Positions 1 through 10,623 are shown, numbered from the stretch's first letter. The stretch is 64,000 nt of DNA from an uncultured Methanosarcinaceae archaeon (GCA_963847185.1 CAWJYV010000008.1:608001-672000); one strand, 5' to 3'. Numbers and translations are program-made. Notes: generated by a model not told the origin, from the sequence alone.

Positions 1-279
1 ATCTCAAGAACTTAAAAAAGAAAAAAGCGTCAGAATATGACTTTATATCAGACCGCAAGCATTTTACCGGAATCATTATGATACAATTTTATACAGCCTC
101 TTCCAATCTGTATCCGTTTCCATTCCTTATTTATATTTCAACTGAACATCATTCCTGACCCAACTTGGGGCACAGGCGGCATTCCGGCCTGCGGGAGGCA
201 GAAACGTTCTTAAGAAAACGTGTATCATTATCTTATCTGACTCTTAATCGTATCCCTTATCAAAATTAGAGGATTTATC

Positions 280-1392
280 ATGACTGGAAAAGAGATTTCA
301 ATCATTCACCCCCGTCCAAGTTCCATTGTTGCGGCTCTTTATACTCTCAGAGACTTAAATGTCGATGTAGCTATCCTTCATGGGCCCCCAGGCTGTTCTT
401 TCAAACATGCAAGGCTGCTCGAAGAAGACGGAATACATGTTGTTACCACAGGCCTTGACGAGAATGGTTTCGTATTCGGAGGGCACGACAAGCTTGTACA
501 GCTGATAAATAAATCTGTTGAGCTCTTCAATCCCAAAGTTATTGGAGTTGTCGGAACGTGTGCCAGCATGATCATAGGGGAGGAAATGCACGAAGCCGTG
601 CTTGAAGCAAACCCCGACGTACCTGTCATTGAGGTAGAGGTACACGCAGGCTATCATAACAATACAAAAGGAGTTCTCTTTGCCCTTGAATCCGCACTCG
701 ACGCAGGAATTATAGACCACAAGGAATTTACGCGCCAGGAATACCTTCTCGCAAAAGCAACTGAAGTTGAAAAGAAGTTCGGGGCAGCAAGTAAGGAATA
801 TCTGGCTCCCTCCCGCGGAGATGTCAAGTATAAAGTTGCAAAGAGGGTCATTGAACTCCTTAAAGAGGGAAAGAAGGGCCTGGTAATCATGAACGCCAAA
901 AAGGAAACCGGCTACATGTTTGCAGACATTACCCTTGCGATCAATGAGATTGCAGACACCTTCGGGAAGAAAGAAAACATCATTAATATGGCAAATATTG
1001 ACCCCAACCTTGGACTTCCGAGAGTTAGACAGCATGCCGAATATATCATGAGAGACCTGAAAGCCCATGGGATTGAAATACATGAAATCATCGGAGGCAT
1101 GGACGAGTACCCTGTAGCTGGGGAGAAGGTCAGTGAACTAATAAAGGAAAAATACAGCGATTACGATTTTGCAGTCATTACAGGCGTCCCACATGCTATC
1201 CCCATGGAGATTATAAAGCATATGGAGTTGATTTCGGTTACTAACGGCCCAAGACAGGTTCTCCCCTTAAAGGAAATGGGGCATGAGTATGTTCTTGTTG
1301 AAATTGATCTCCACCCGAAAACCCTGGGAGTCAGCGAAATCGTGGAATCCGAATTTGGAGCCACATTAAGGGAAGTTGCAAAGGAAGCCTGA
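280..1392 (+). CDS. cfbD: Ni-sirohydrochlorin a,c-diamide reductive cyclase catalytic subunit (NflD)
   Basis: Short NifD/NifK-like protein (HPRP, HGPPGC, GTCAS motifs) directly upstream of NifH-like and CbiA-like genes, which is the F430 cfb arrangement. Confidence 0.95.
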   Translation: MTGKEISIIHPRPSSIVAALYTLRDLNVDVAILHGPPGCSFKHARLLEEDGIHVVTTGLDENGFVFGGHDKLVQLINKSVELFNPKVIGVVGTCASMIIGEEMHEAVLEANPDVPVIEVEVHAGYHNNTKGVLFALESALDAGIIDHKEFTRQEYLLAKATEVEKKFGAASKEYLAPSRGDVKYKVAKRVIELLKEGKKGLVIMNAKKETGYMFADITLAINEIADTFGKKENIINMANIDPNLGLPRVRQHAEYIMRDLKAHGIEIHEIIGGMDEYPVAGEKVSELIKEKYSDYDFAVITGVPHAIPMEIIKHMELISVTNGPRQVLPLKEMGHEYVLVEIDLHPKTLGVSEIVESEFGATLREVAKEA

Positions 1393-1428
1393 ACTGGAAA
1401 AGTCAGGATAGATCAGGAGGAAGACCCT

Positions 1429-2226
1429 TTGAAAAAACAAAAGATTATAGCAATCTACGGGAAAGGCGGTATAGGCAAATCAAGTACGGCTTCAAATGTT
1501 GCAGCCGCCTGTGCAGAATCCGGAAAGAAAGTCATGATCATAGGCTGCGACCCAAAAAGTGACTCGTCCATCACTCTGCTTGGAGGCAGAAGGATTCCAA
1601 CCATTCTTGACCTCCTGCGTGAAGGTGTGGATGTAAAGGAAGAAGATGTGGTTTTTGAAGGGTATGCAGGAGTCAAATGCGTAGAAGCAGGAGGCCCGGA
1701 GCCAGGCATTGGCTGTGCAGGACGCGGAATTATTGTTGCCATCCAGAAATTGAAGGCAATCTCAGGGGACCTCTTAAAAGAGCAGGACCTGATTATTTAC
1801 GACGTTCCCGGAGACATCGTTTGCGGCGGATTTGTAGCTCCTGTAAGAAAAGGCTTTGTAAACGAGGCTTATGTCCTGACCTCAGGGGAATACATGCCCC
1901 TTTATGCGGCAAATAATATCTGCAAGGGCCTTTCCAAGATAGGAATGCCCCTTAGTGGAATAATCTGCAATTCCAGAAACGCCAGCAGAGAAGAAGAAAT
2001 AGTAACAAAGTTTGCTGAAGAGATTGGCAGCCAGCTTATGGCTTTTATTCCAAAAAGACAGATAGTCCAGGATTGCGAAAGAGAGGGCTATTCAGTAATG
2101 GAAAAAGCATCCGATTCTGATATTGCTGAAATCTACCGCAAACTTGGAAAAGCGATCCTTGAAAACGAAAAGAGAGTAACAGCTGATTCCCTGAGCGACG
2201 AGCGGCTGAGAGAGCTGACAAAATAA
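1429..2226 (+). CDS. cfbC: Ni-sirohydrochlorin a,c-diamide reductive cyclase ATP-dependent reductase (NflH)
   Basis: [10 protein letters not shown]-loop, [19 protein letters not shown] and DIVCGGF NifH-family motifs; TTG start after GGAGG. Confidence 0.95.
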   Translation: MKKQKIIAIYGKGGIGKSSTASNVAAACAESGKKVMIIGCDPKSDSSITLLGGRRIPTILDLLREGVDVKEEDVVFEGYAGVKCVEAGGPEPGIGCAGRGIIVAIQKLKAISGDLLKEQDLIIYDVPGDIVCGGFVAPVRKGFVNEAYVLTSGEYMPLYAANNICKGLSKIGMPLSGIICNSRNASREEEIVTKFAEEIGSQLMAFIPKRQIVQDCEREGYSVMEKASDSDIAEIYRKLGKAILENEKRVTADSLSDERLRELTK

Positions 2227-2449
2227 TCTTAATTAACAAATAATCCTTCAGTGGCATATCTCTCAAGCAAGTAACCTTCAGTGACAAATATCCTTCAGCG
2301 TAAAATAAACTGCAATATAAGCTACAATAATAAATGAATTGCAATAATGAAAAAGTTGCAATAATTTTCATGCAAGATAAATTATCGGGTGCAATAACAT
2401 CCAGGCAAGAGAAATTATCAGGTAAAATAAGTTAAGGGGTATTAAAAGC

Positions 2450-3961
2450 ATGTCCCATATAAAAAAAGCCGGAACAGGGGCAGGGAATATTCCCAGAGTT
2501 CTTATTTCCGCAGACCGCTCTTCCTCAGGCAAGACAACGATTTCCATGGGTCTGATGGCTGTCCTCGTTTCAAGAGGGTATAAGGTACAGCCTTTTAAGG
2601 TCGCACTGGACTACATAGATCCAAGTTATCATACCGAAATCACGGGCAGGTTTTGCCGAAACCTTGACGGTTATCTCATGAATGAGAACGGAATACTGGA
2701 TGTTTATACCCATGCCTGCGAAACAGGCGACCAGGCCGATGTTGCAATCATTGAAGGAGTTCGCGGGCTTTATGAGGGTTTTGAAAGCTTAAGCGACCTC
2801 GGGAGCACAGCCCAGATTGCAAAGATCCTGAAATGCCCGGTAATTTTTGTAATCAATGCCCGGAGTATTACCCGCTCGAGTGCTGCCCTTGTTAATGGCT
2901 ACAAAAACTTCGACCCTGATGTGGAAATTGCAGGTGTTATCCTTAATAATATCGGAGGACGTCGCCATGCTGAAAAAGCAAAAGAGGCGATAGAATATTA
3001 CACCGGCATCCCTGTTATAGGGATTATCCCCAGAGATCCCTCAATGCAAATTTCCATGCGCCACCTCGGACTCATGCCTGCTCTTGAAGGCAGGAGACGA
3101 CTTGGAGACGGAGGTTTTGAAGAGAGACTCAAAGGCATTGAAGAGATAATCAGTAAAGGAATCGATGTAGATAAGTTCCTGAGGATTGCGGACAGCGCGA
3201 AACCCCTGAAAAATCCCGAAAACAGCATTTTTTCTTCAATTGTTGATTTTTCTTCTACGGCAGGTTCCGGAATACGCAAACCTAAGATAGGTGTAGCCCT
3301 GGACGAGGCTTTTAACTTCTACTATCGCGATAACATTGACTTGTTTGAACTTGGAGGTGCAGAAATTGTTTATTTTAGCCCGGTTAAAGATTCCAGACTC
3401 CCTGAGATGGATGGGCTCTATATAGGGGGCGGCTATCCCGAGCTCTTTGCAGCCGAACTTGAAGCTAACGAGTCCATGCGCTCTGATATCAAAAAAGCTT
3501 CCTCTGCAGGCATGCCCATCTATGCCGAGTGCGGAGGGCTCATGTACCTTACGGAAAAAATTAGCACAGGCGTCCCGGGAAAAGGCACATACCACGATGC
3601 TTCAATGCCCGAATCCACGTACTCAATGGTAGGAGCGCTCCCAGGGCATACGATTATGGGACAGACCCGAGTTGTTAGCTATAATATAGGGACCCTTGAA
3701 GAAGACTGCATAATAGGGAAAAAAGGCAGCAGCTTCAAAGGGCATGAGTTTCATCACTCTGAAATCCGGGAAATCCCTGAGGATGCAAAATTTGCAATAA
3801 GCATTTCCAGAGGGACAGGGATAAAAGACGACAAAGATGGGCTTGTTTCAGGAAATACACTTGGCTCTTATGCTCACCTGCATGGGGTTGCATATAGAGA
3901 ACTCGCAGGCTCGCTTGTAGAGGCTGCCAGGAAGTTTCGGGATTTCAGGACTTTTCTGTAA
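2450..3961 (+). CDS. cfbB: Ni-sirohydrochlorin a,c-diamide synthase
   Basis: CbiA/CobB-like (SSSGKTT, DYIDP, EGVRGLYEG, AECGGLMYL, GHEFH) in the cfb cluster. Confidence 0.93.
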   Translation: MSHIKKAGTGAGNIPRVLISADRSSSGKTTISMGLMAVLVSRGYKVQPFKVALDYIDPSYHTEITGRFCRNLDGYLMNENGILDVYTHACETGDQADVAIIEGVRGLYEGFESLSDLGSTAQIAKILKCPVIFVINARSITRSSAALVNGYKNFDPDVEIAGVILNNIGGRRHAEKAKEAIEYYTGIPVIGIIPRDPSMQISMRHLGLMPALEGRRRLGDGGFEERLKGIEEIISKGIDVDKFLRIADSAKPLKNPENSIFSSIVDFSSTAGSGIRKPKIGVALDEAFNFYYRDNIDLFELGGAEIVYFSPVKDSRLPEMDGLYIGGGYPELFAAELEANESMRSDIKKASSAGMPIYAECGGLMYLTEKISTGVPGKGTYHDASMPESTYSMVGALPGHTIMGQTRVVSYNIGTLEEDCIIGKKGSSFKGHEFHHSEIREIPEDAKFAISISRGTGIKDDKDGLVSGNTLGSYAHLHGVAYRELAGSLVEAARKFRDFRTFL

Positions 3962-4139
3962 ATTCTGATTTATCAGGGAATGTGCTGGCATGCAATTAGC
4001 TCATTCAAAAGATCACAAGCTGAAGGGCTGAAGCCTTTGAATATAAGAAAAACAATATTATATTAAGTCAGACTATTAAAGGCCATATTGCATCAAGCCA
4101 GACCATTGTAACAGCTTATTTTCATTTTATTTCTTTCAG

Positions 4140-5201
4140 GTGAACTTATTGAAAACACAACTTAAAGGAGACCGGGTCCTTGCCGGGAAAGAAGCATTAG
4201 CCGAACTTTATAATACTGGATATTTCGGACGCCCTAAAGGCAATGGACTTGAACTCTCACTTGTAGAAGCCGCCTTCCTCCTGTCCAGAGGAAAGCTCGA
4301 GATAGAACTTGGTGGTGAACTGCTCGACTTCAGGGGCTTCTTCGAGCAGGCTTCTCTCAGGCAGCAGAATTTTGAGTTGAAGTATATAGTGTATAAAGAT
4401 CTTAAGGAAAGAGGGTATTATGTCCAGCCTTCAGCTGCGGATTTCAGAGTATACCCCAGAGGCAGCCATCCAGGCAAAAGTGCAGCAAGAATTTTTGTTC
4501 ATGTTCAGTCAGAAAGGCAGCTTCTTCCTGTAAAGCTCCTGCAGGAATCGGTTAGTTCGGCAGAGAACGTGCATAAACAGTTTATTCTTGCTGTAGTGGA
4601 CGAAGAAAGTGATCTTACCTTTTACGAGGTTAAAACTGCGGTTCCTGAAGGAGAAATGCCTGAACCTTATCCTGCAGTCAAAACCGATGCAACCCTTCTG
4701 GAAGACAGGGTAATAGTCTGGGACTCTCAGGCTTCCGAAACTCTTTATTCCAGAGGATTTTACGGAAAAATGCTGGACTCCGAAAGGCTACAACTTTCCC
4801 TTGTAGAGTCCCTTTACCTTCTTTCCGAAGGTGTAATAATGATTCAAGACAGGAAAGGAAAGGTTCTATCATTCGAGAAGTTCGTGGAAAAAGCCTCTGA
4901 AATTGAAAGCTCTTTTCTCAGAAAATACAGGATATATAGAAACCTGAGGAATTCCGGGAATGTGGTCAAAACCGGTTTTAAATTCGGGACGCATTTCAGA
5001 GTATACAGAAAAGTAGAGACAATAGAAAGGCTTCCCCACTCTGAATCTCTTATAAATGCCATTCCTGAGGATTTCGAATTCAGGCTTCCTGTCATGTCAG
5101 GGGCTGTCCGACTTGCAAACAGCGTGCGGAAGATAATGCTATTTGCAATCGAGAAAGGGGATGATGTTCAGTACCTGGATATTGGCAGAATGAAAATGTG
5201 A
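4140..5201 (+). CDS. endA: tRNA-intron splicing endonuclease (alpha2 type, duplicated domain)
   Basis: Two LSLVE-containing repeats; KTGFKFGTHFRVY and LANSVRK catalytic region. Confidence 0.93.
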   Translation: MNLLKTQLKGDRVLAGKEALAELYNTGYFGRPKGNGLELSLVEAAFLLSRGKLEIELGGELLDFRGFFEQASLRQQNFELKYIVYKDLKERGYYVQPSAADFRVYPRGSHPGKSAARIFVHVQSERQLLPVKLLQESVSSAENVHKQFILAVVDEESDLTFYEVKTAVPEGEMPEPYPAVKTDATLLEDRVIVWDSQASETLYSRGFYGKMLDSERLQLSLVESLYLLSEGVIMIQDRKGKVLSFEKFVEKASEIESSFLRKYRIYRNLRNSGNVVKTGFKFGTHFRVYRKVETIERLPHSESLINAIPEDFEFRLPVMSGAVRLANSVRKIMLFAIEKGDDVQYLDIGRMKM

Positions 5202-5287
5202 TTAATTTGAGAGTATATTTCCAGCTTCTGATCGTTCCCAAGAAAATATTTCATGAGAATAGGACCTAGGGCTGAAGGTGATGTATA

Positions 5288-5683
5288 GTGTGGGATATTA
5301 TTTCAGTGGATATTTCTGGCAGGCACAGGATTAAAGGAGGTTATTATATGGTCTGTGCGGCTGCAGCCCTTACAGTTTCGGCTAACCATATCGAGAAGGT
5401 AAAGCAGATCAAGATCCTGCCCCTCTGGCTCAAAAGAGCTCCCAGTCTGCTGGATATAGTACAGCTGATTGAGGACACGGCTGACCAACTCTCTTTTGAA
5501 GGCACGATCGTGGCAGAAAAAGGGGATATGTACAATAAACCGAGATGGGTGCCTGAAAGCATGTTTTCCAGGGCTTTCAAATATCAGGAATCGATAGCCG
5601 AGAGAAGGGCAATAGAACTCGTGCATCACATTTCTTTGAGCGCCCGCAACCTACTAATTAACGAACTTGAAATTGAGGCATAA
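5288..5683 (+). CDS. Conserved methanogen protein (DUF2209-like)
   Basis: VDISGRH N-terminus and HHIS near the C-terminus; GTG start after GGTGA. Confidence 0.7.
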   Translation: MWDIISVDISGRHRIKGGYYMVCAAAALTVSANHIEKVKQIKILPLWLKRAPSLLDIVQLIEDTADQLSFEGTIVAEKGDMYNKPRWVPESMFSRAFKYQESIAERRAIELVHHISLSARNLLINELEIEA

Positions 5684-6966
5684 AAATTCCAGCAGAAAAA
5701 AAATCCGGAAATGCGAGCAGAGTAATCCTCGTTAAAAGAACAGCTCCCAATTCAGACTTTGAACATGAGGAATATCTTTTCCAGGAACTCAGGGAGCTTG
5801 CAAGAGCTGCAGGTTACGTTCCAGCAGGGGAACTTGCGCAAACAAGATTTCCTGACTCAAGGTACCAGCTAGGGAGGGGGAAAATAGAGGAACTTGCCGA
5901 ACTTGTCAGAAGCACTGACGCAGAAAAAGTAGTTTTCTATAACAGACTTTCCACAATGCAGCTTTTCAATATATCGGAAATCTGCGGGTGCCATGTTATT
6001 GACAAATTCCAGCTTATTCTTGAGATCTTTGCAAAAAGAGCAACTACCCACCGCTCTAAACTCCAGGTAGAACTGGCAAGGTTAAGATACGAGGTACCCA
6101 GAGCAAGAGCTATTGTTTCTCTCGTGAGAAAGGAGGAAAGGGCAGGGTTCATGGGGCTTGGGGATTATGAAGACGCTTATGAGCAGGATCTGAAGAAAAG
6201 AATTGCGAGAATTGAAAATGAACTTGAGTCTGCAGAAAAGGATGATGAGTCTCTAAGGGCTTTCAGGCACAGGAAAGGTTTTTCATTAATTTCTCTTGCC
6301 GGATATACGAATGCAGGAAAAAGCACTCTCTTCAATGCTATTGTGAATGAAAGCGTAGAGGCAAAGGATATGCTCTTTACAACCCTTGTGCCCACTACCC
6401 GTGCCCTGGATCTGGGGGGAAGAAAAGCTCTTTTGACCGACACCGTGGGGTTTATTGAGAACCTTCCCCACTGGCTTGTTGACGCATTTAAGTCCACACT
6501 TGACGAGATTTTTCTCTCGGATCTGATCCTCCTTGTTGTGGATATAAGTGAAAGACCTGAGATGATCCTGCAGAAATTATCTACGGCACACGATACTCTC
6601 TGGGACCGAATCCAGGGAGTTCCTGTCATTACAGTACTTAACAAAACCGATCTTCTTGACGAATCCGAACTTGATACTGTTATGGAAAAGATAGGTTATA
6701 TGGCTCCTAATCCTGTATTTATCTCAGCGGAAAAAAGGGATGGGATAACGGCGTTAAAAGCAGAAATCATTAAGCATCTGCCTGCCTGGACTTTCTGCTC
6801 CCTTTCCCTTCCGAATTCAGAGAGAGGAATGTCAACTCTTTCCTGGCTTTACGAGGAAGGAATTGTGCACAGGGTCGAGTACGGAGATAGAATTCTAGTA
6901 GATTATGAAGCCAGGGAGGAAATAATTAACAGAGCTCAGGCTTTAATAAGTTCTGAGGAGAACTGA
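5680..6966 (+). CDS. hflX: GTPase HflX; the frame extends upstream of the ORF-track start (5956) to a probable ATA at 5680
   Basis: GYTNAGKST, LFTTL, DTVGF and NKTD motifs; the HflX N-domain (ELRELARAAGY, LGRGKIEEL) is in frame at about 5785-5900 with no ATG/GTG/TTG before it. Confidence 0.92.
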   Translation: MKIPAEKKSGNASRVILVKRTAPNSDFEHEEYLFQELRELARAAGYVPAGELAQTRFPDSRYQLGRGKIEELAELVRSTDAEKVVFYNRLSTMQLFNISEICGCHVIDKFQLILEIFAKRATTHRSKLQVELARLRYEVPRARAIVSLVRKEERAGFMGLGDYEDAYEQDLKKRIARIENELESAEKDDESLRAFRHRKGFSLISLAGYTNAGKSTLFNAIVNESVEAKDMLFTTLVPTTRALDLGGRKALLTDTVGFIENLPHWLVDAFKSTLDEIFLSDLILLVVDISERPEMILQKLSTAHDTLWDRIQGVPVITVLNKTDLLDESELDTVMEKIGYMAPNPVFISAEKRDGITALKAEIIKHLPAWTFCSLSLPNSERGMSTLSWLYEEGIVHRVEYGDRILVDYEAREEIINRAQALISSEEN

Positions 6967-7098
6967 GGATATCAGAGCAGCCTCAGTTTCTTCTGAAAAG
7001 TTAAAAGCTTTTTTAATTTTATAAAACCTACAAGAATATTAAGAGAACATTATTCTATATCTGTCCTTCAGAAAGTTTTTAGCATGGTTTGAGTATTG

Positions 7099-7126
7099 TT
7101 CGTATTATTACGAAAGTTATTTATAT
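7099..7126 (+). promoter_or_regulatory. BRE/TATA promoter overlapped by a TTCG-N8-CGAA palindrome
   Basis: ttcgta-ttat-tacgaa (7099-7114) runs into cgaaag-tta-tttatat, about 25 nt upstream of a structured RNA. Confidence 0.5.
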
Positions 7127-7145
7127 CGAAAAGTAGTTTGTTTAT

Positions 7146-7260
7146 TTGCGAACGGGAGTCTACTGAAGACATCAGACCCTCCTAATATCCTAAACTATAC
7201 CCCTAAACCAGATTTTTTACTATGCTGCCCGTTCGCAATTCCTCCTTCTATATTTTGTTC
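7146..7260 (+). ncRNA. Putative trans-acting small RNA with anti-RBS motifs
   Basis: Perfect 11-bp closing stem ttgcgaacggg (7146-7156) / cccgttcgcaa (7228-7238); CCTCC at 7178 and 7241; TATA upstream; T-rich tail; no ORF. Confidence 0.6.
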
Positions 7261-7487
7261 TCTTAATTCATCGTTGGTTTTTGAATCCTTTATTACTCAA
7301 TTTTTTGATCTCAATTTTTTTTTGATCTTTGAATGTATAATCAGTTTGTAATTATACGAATAAGATTTATCATCCTCCCCTTTTTCTGTACAACAAATTT
7401 ATACTAGTATTTATTATTGTACAGTATCTGTCTTTTTTCGTTTCGCTTCAAAATTTATATAAAATTTGGCTTTCATTTGAAACTAAC

Positions 7488-8162
7488 ATGAAATTTGATC
7501 TTCACGTACATTCCGAGCATTCAAAAGATAGCAGGTCAAGCCATGAAGATATCTTGGGGGTTGCCCTTAAAAGAGGATTGGACGGATTTGCTATCTGTGA
7601 TCATGATATAATTGAAGGCGGGCTTTCCTGTGCGGAAAAAGCCCTGGAACTTGGCCTTGAAATAACCGTTATTCCCGGAGTGGAGGTGAGCTCCTCAAAG
7701 GGGCATATTCTGGTTCTGGGAGTCAAAGAGAATATAGAGCCTTTGATAAGCCCGGAAGAAACTATCCGCAGGGCCCGAAAACTTGGAGGTACGGTTATCA
7801 TCCCTCATCCTTTCAAGCGCAGTTCTCATGGAATAGGAAGTTTTGAAGGGCTTGACATAGATGCTGTAGAAGTCTTCAACTCTCGCTGCCTTTTTAACGG
7901 AGCTAACAAGAAAGCCGTAACCGAAGCAAAGAGGCTTGGAATCCCAGCCGTCGCAGGAAGCGATTCCCATATTCCCGAAATGGTAGGGCAGGCATATACT
8001 GAAATTGACGCTTCTGAAAATACTCTGGAAGCTGTGCTCAGGGCAATCAGAGAAGGAAAAGTTGCTCCTGCGGGAAAGAATACTCCTACCCCGATAATCC
8101 TGAAACAGATGGCTGGAAGTGTGAAGCGGAAACTAAAGAAGAAGCTATTCGGAAATTTTTAA
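7488..8162 (+). CDS. PHP-domain phosphoesterase
   Basis: DLHVHS, CDHD, HPF and GSDSH metal-binding motifs. Confidence 0.9.
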   Translation: MKFDLHVHSEHSKDSRSSHEDILGVALKRGLDGFAICDHDIIEGGLSCAEKALELGLEITVIPGVEVSSSKGHILVLGVKENIEPLISPEETIRRARKLGGTVIIPHPFKRSSHGIGSFEGLDIDAVEVFNSRCLFNGANKKAVTEAKRLGIPAVAGSDSHIPEMVGQAYTEIDASENTLEAVLRAIREGKVAPAGKNTPTPIILKQMAGSVKRKLKKKLFGNF

Positions 8163-8392
8163 TGGGCTCAAAATAAGAAAACATCACTTAATCCTTAAGA
8201 GTCAGAAGTCTCCATAAGGTATTTCTTAAATAATTTGAGCATTTCTCTCTTCTTCATTTATCATGGAAGACTACTCGTTTAAAGAACTTGCTGCGATAAT
8301 GAAGTACAGAATCAACCTGCTGATCTCAGCAAAGAAAAAATATAAGTGCTTAAATGACTAGTGTTTTTTGTATTTTTTGGAGAAAGTAAAAC

Positions 8393-9235
8393 ATGCATAT
8401 GAAGAAACGATTGTTATTTATAGATATTTTAAAAATAATAGGTGTTGGATGCGTATTATTTTGGCACCTTTTTTATGATACAAAAAATCTCATATGGTTT
8501 TTGCCGTTTTATGGAATGATACATCTAGGGGGTATAGGTGTTATTTTATTTTTAATTGCAAGCGGCGCAGCTTTAACTTACAACCAGTACAATTTTAGCT
8601 GTACCAAAAATATTTTAATGTTTTATTATAAACGTCTAATTAGGGTTTATCCGGCTATGTGGCTAGCGATACTGTTCACATTTTTGTTACTACCCTCATT
8701 TTTCGAAAATATAGATTACCGGAAATTATTTGAAGAGATGACAGGATTTTACTATTATTTTAATAAAGACATTCCTACAATCAATTCGTCGTTATGGTTT
8801 ATTGGACTTATCGCCATCTTATATATATTATACCCATTGCTATACTATATAATAAGAAAATACAGGTATAATGGTTTTATCACCATTTTTCTAATTTCAA
8901 TGACAACTCATATCTATTTATATAATAATCCCGAATTTTTTGGCTATACTAGCTTATTTTATTTTGGAGTAATCCCGAATTTGTGGGCATATTGTCTTGG
9001 TATATTTATTATGTCAGTAAATTTATATCCAAAATTTGAATCAAAAAGTTTTGTTATCAAAGAACTCTCTAACTTATCATTTTATATATATCTTTTACAA
9101 TTTGCAATCATACCTTTTTATAAGCTAAGTATACCTTTGTTTATAATAGAACTTCTATTCTCTTCTTATATGTTGATGCTGATAGATAACAAAATAAATG
9201 AGTATCTATTATCATTAAAAATACCTTTCAGTTAA
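8393..9235 (+). CDS. Membrane O-acyltransferase (acyltransferase-3/OafA family)
   Basis: Multi-TM protein with IDILK, FLIASG, KRLIRVYP, SLWFIG and SFYIYL motifs; strongly AT-rich DNA. Confidence 0.85.
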   Translation: MHMKKRLLFIDILKIIGVGCVLFWHLFYDTKNLIWFLPFYGMIHLGGIGVILFLIASGAALTYNQYNFSCTKNILMFYYKRLIRVYPAMWLAILFTFLLLPSFFENIDYRKLFEEMTGFYYYFNKDIPTINSSLWFIGLIAILYILYPLLYYIIRKYRYNGFITIFLISMTTHIYLYNNPEFFGYTSLFYFGVIPNLWAYCLGIFIMSVNLYPKFESKSFVIKELSNLSFYIYLLQFAIIPFYKLSIPLFIIELLFSSYMLMLIDNKINEYLLSLKIPFS

Positions 9236-9310
9236 ACTCATTAAAGTTTATTCTACAACAAAACCAACCTCGAATAAGTACCCATATTAAACAACTCATA
9301 TTTTTAATTA

Positions 9311-9456
9311 TGAGTTGATTCAAAACTCAAAATTGCTTTTCTGAGGTCAGCTTGGCAGGAGTCCCCCATACGCAGGACGCTTGGAGTAAGCTTCCAAAAC
9401 GTCCCTTTTGACTCAAATTCAACTTTTTATATGGGGAGTGAAAAACAGAGAATGAT
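9311..9456. mobile_element. Structured non-coding element, probably a truncated MITE or dispersed repeat
   Basis: gagttgattcaaaactc end; ccccata (9364-70) / tatgggg (9430-36) stem enclosing a ggacg..ttgga / tccaa..cgtcc hairpin; lies between convergent genes. Confidence 0.5.
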
Positions 9457-10623
9457 TCACTTACTTGTCAGTTCATCTAGCAACTTTAAATACTTCATTT
9501 CCACTTTTTCCCAGGTATAATTCTTTGTAATATATTCCCTTCCATTATCCCCCAGTTTCTTCAAGATTATGGGATTTGAACACAAAAAATTAATACATTC
9601 TGCAAATTCATCGTAACTTCGATACCATAGGCCTGCATTACCTCTTATACAGTGGCCTTTTAAAACATCACAATCTCCATTTACAAGTACAGGAGTCCCA
9701 CATCCCATAGACTCAAGAGTAACTAAGGATAAACTTTCATAGGGAGAAGGCATAATCAAAAATTGCGCACCTTTAAGAAGAGAGTATTTTTCAGCCTCGG
9801 AAACAAAACCAAGATATTTTATTTTGTCATGTTTTGGAACGCCTATTGCATCATATCCTGCCAGAACCAGAGAGGGAATTTCTCTAGATTCCTTCAACAA
9901 TTTTTGGTAATACTCAAACAACTGGTAACATCCTTTGGAACCTTCAATCCTGCCGAGGTAAAGAATATAGTTCTGATCTTTCAGACTCTTATATTCCTGA
10001 ATAAGCTCAGGGATTTCAATGCCACATCCAACAATATCAAAGATTTTTTCTTCTTCTTTTAGGTCCGTTTTTGCTTTAATTAAATTTTTTTCTTCAGGAG
10101 TGCTGTATAGGATACCTTTGACATTTTGGAATATTTCTTTTGTAGTAGAGAGGTCAAGAGCAGGATCATCTTCTGCGAAAGGGGCAATTAGCGCTTTACT
10201 TCCTACTTCTTGGATTCCGTAATAGCTGGGGTAATATCTGAATGTGAAAAAGACAAAAGCATCATAATTCTCTTTGTTTTTGGAGATATATTCCACCAGC
10301 TCAGGACAATAAGGCCCTTGTTCGTCGATCCATAGAATTTCATCTTTCCTGCTATGAGTAGCAAAAAAAGCCTTTTCCTGAATCTTTATATGTTTATTGA
10401 GATCACGCTTTTTTGAATTTTCGAATCTTCTTACAAGAATGCCATTAATTGTTTCAGTTCCTTTTTTGTACTCATTTTTCCATGTATGATAATCTTTCGC
10501 ACAGGTGGAGAGAACCTCGATTTCATGAAATTTTATCATATGTTCAGCAATAAGTCTGGTAAGATATTCTGCACCCCCAATTATATCTTCGCCGTATCTC
10601 TGAACGACAAATGCGACCTTCAT
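9457..10623 (-). CDS. Glycosyltransferase family 4
   Basis: GGAE, LGRIEGSKG and PSPYESLSLVTLESM (EX7E) motifs. Confidence 0.9.
   Translation of the reverse strand: MKVAFVVQRYGEDIIGGAEYLTRLIAEHMIKFHEIEVLSTCAKDYHTWKNEYKKGTETINGILVRRFENSKKRDLNKHIKIQEKAFFATHSRKDEILWIDEQGPYCPELVEYISKNKENYDAFVFFTFRYYPSYYGIQEVGSKALIAPFAEDDPALDLSTTKEIFQNVKGILYSTPEEKNLIKAKTDLKEEEKIFDIVGCGIEIPELIQEYKSLKDQNYILYLGRIEGSKGCYQLFEYYQKLLKESREIPSLVLAGYDAIGVPKHDKIKYLGFVSEAEKYSLLKGAQFLIMPSPYESLSLVTLESMGCGTPVLVNGDCDVLKGHCIRGNAGLWYRSYDEFAECINFLCSNPIILKKLGDNGREYITKNYTWEKVEMKYLKLLDELTSK

Noticed and set aside
1-279. Possible gene end or ncRNA upstream of cfbD (small GC hairpin at about 172-197)
   Set aside because: No convincing ORF on either strand, and only a 5-7 bp stem
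280-2226. nifD/nifH nitrogenase genes
   Set aside because: The D-like protein is short, nifK/E/N are absent and cfbB follows, so these are the F430 enzymes CfbD/CfbC
8263-8361. 32-codon ORF ending in TAG; possible pyrrolysine read-through into the acyltransferase
   Set aside because: It is in a different frame from the 8393 ORF, has no RBS, and no recognisable protein follows the TAG
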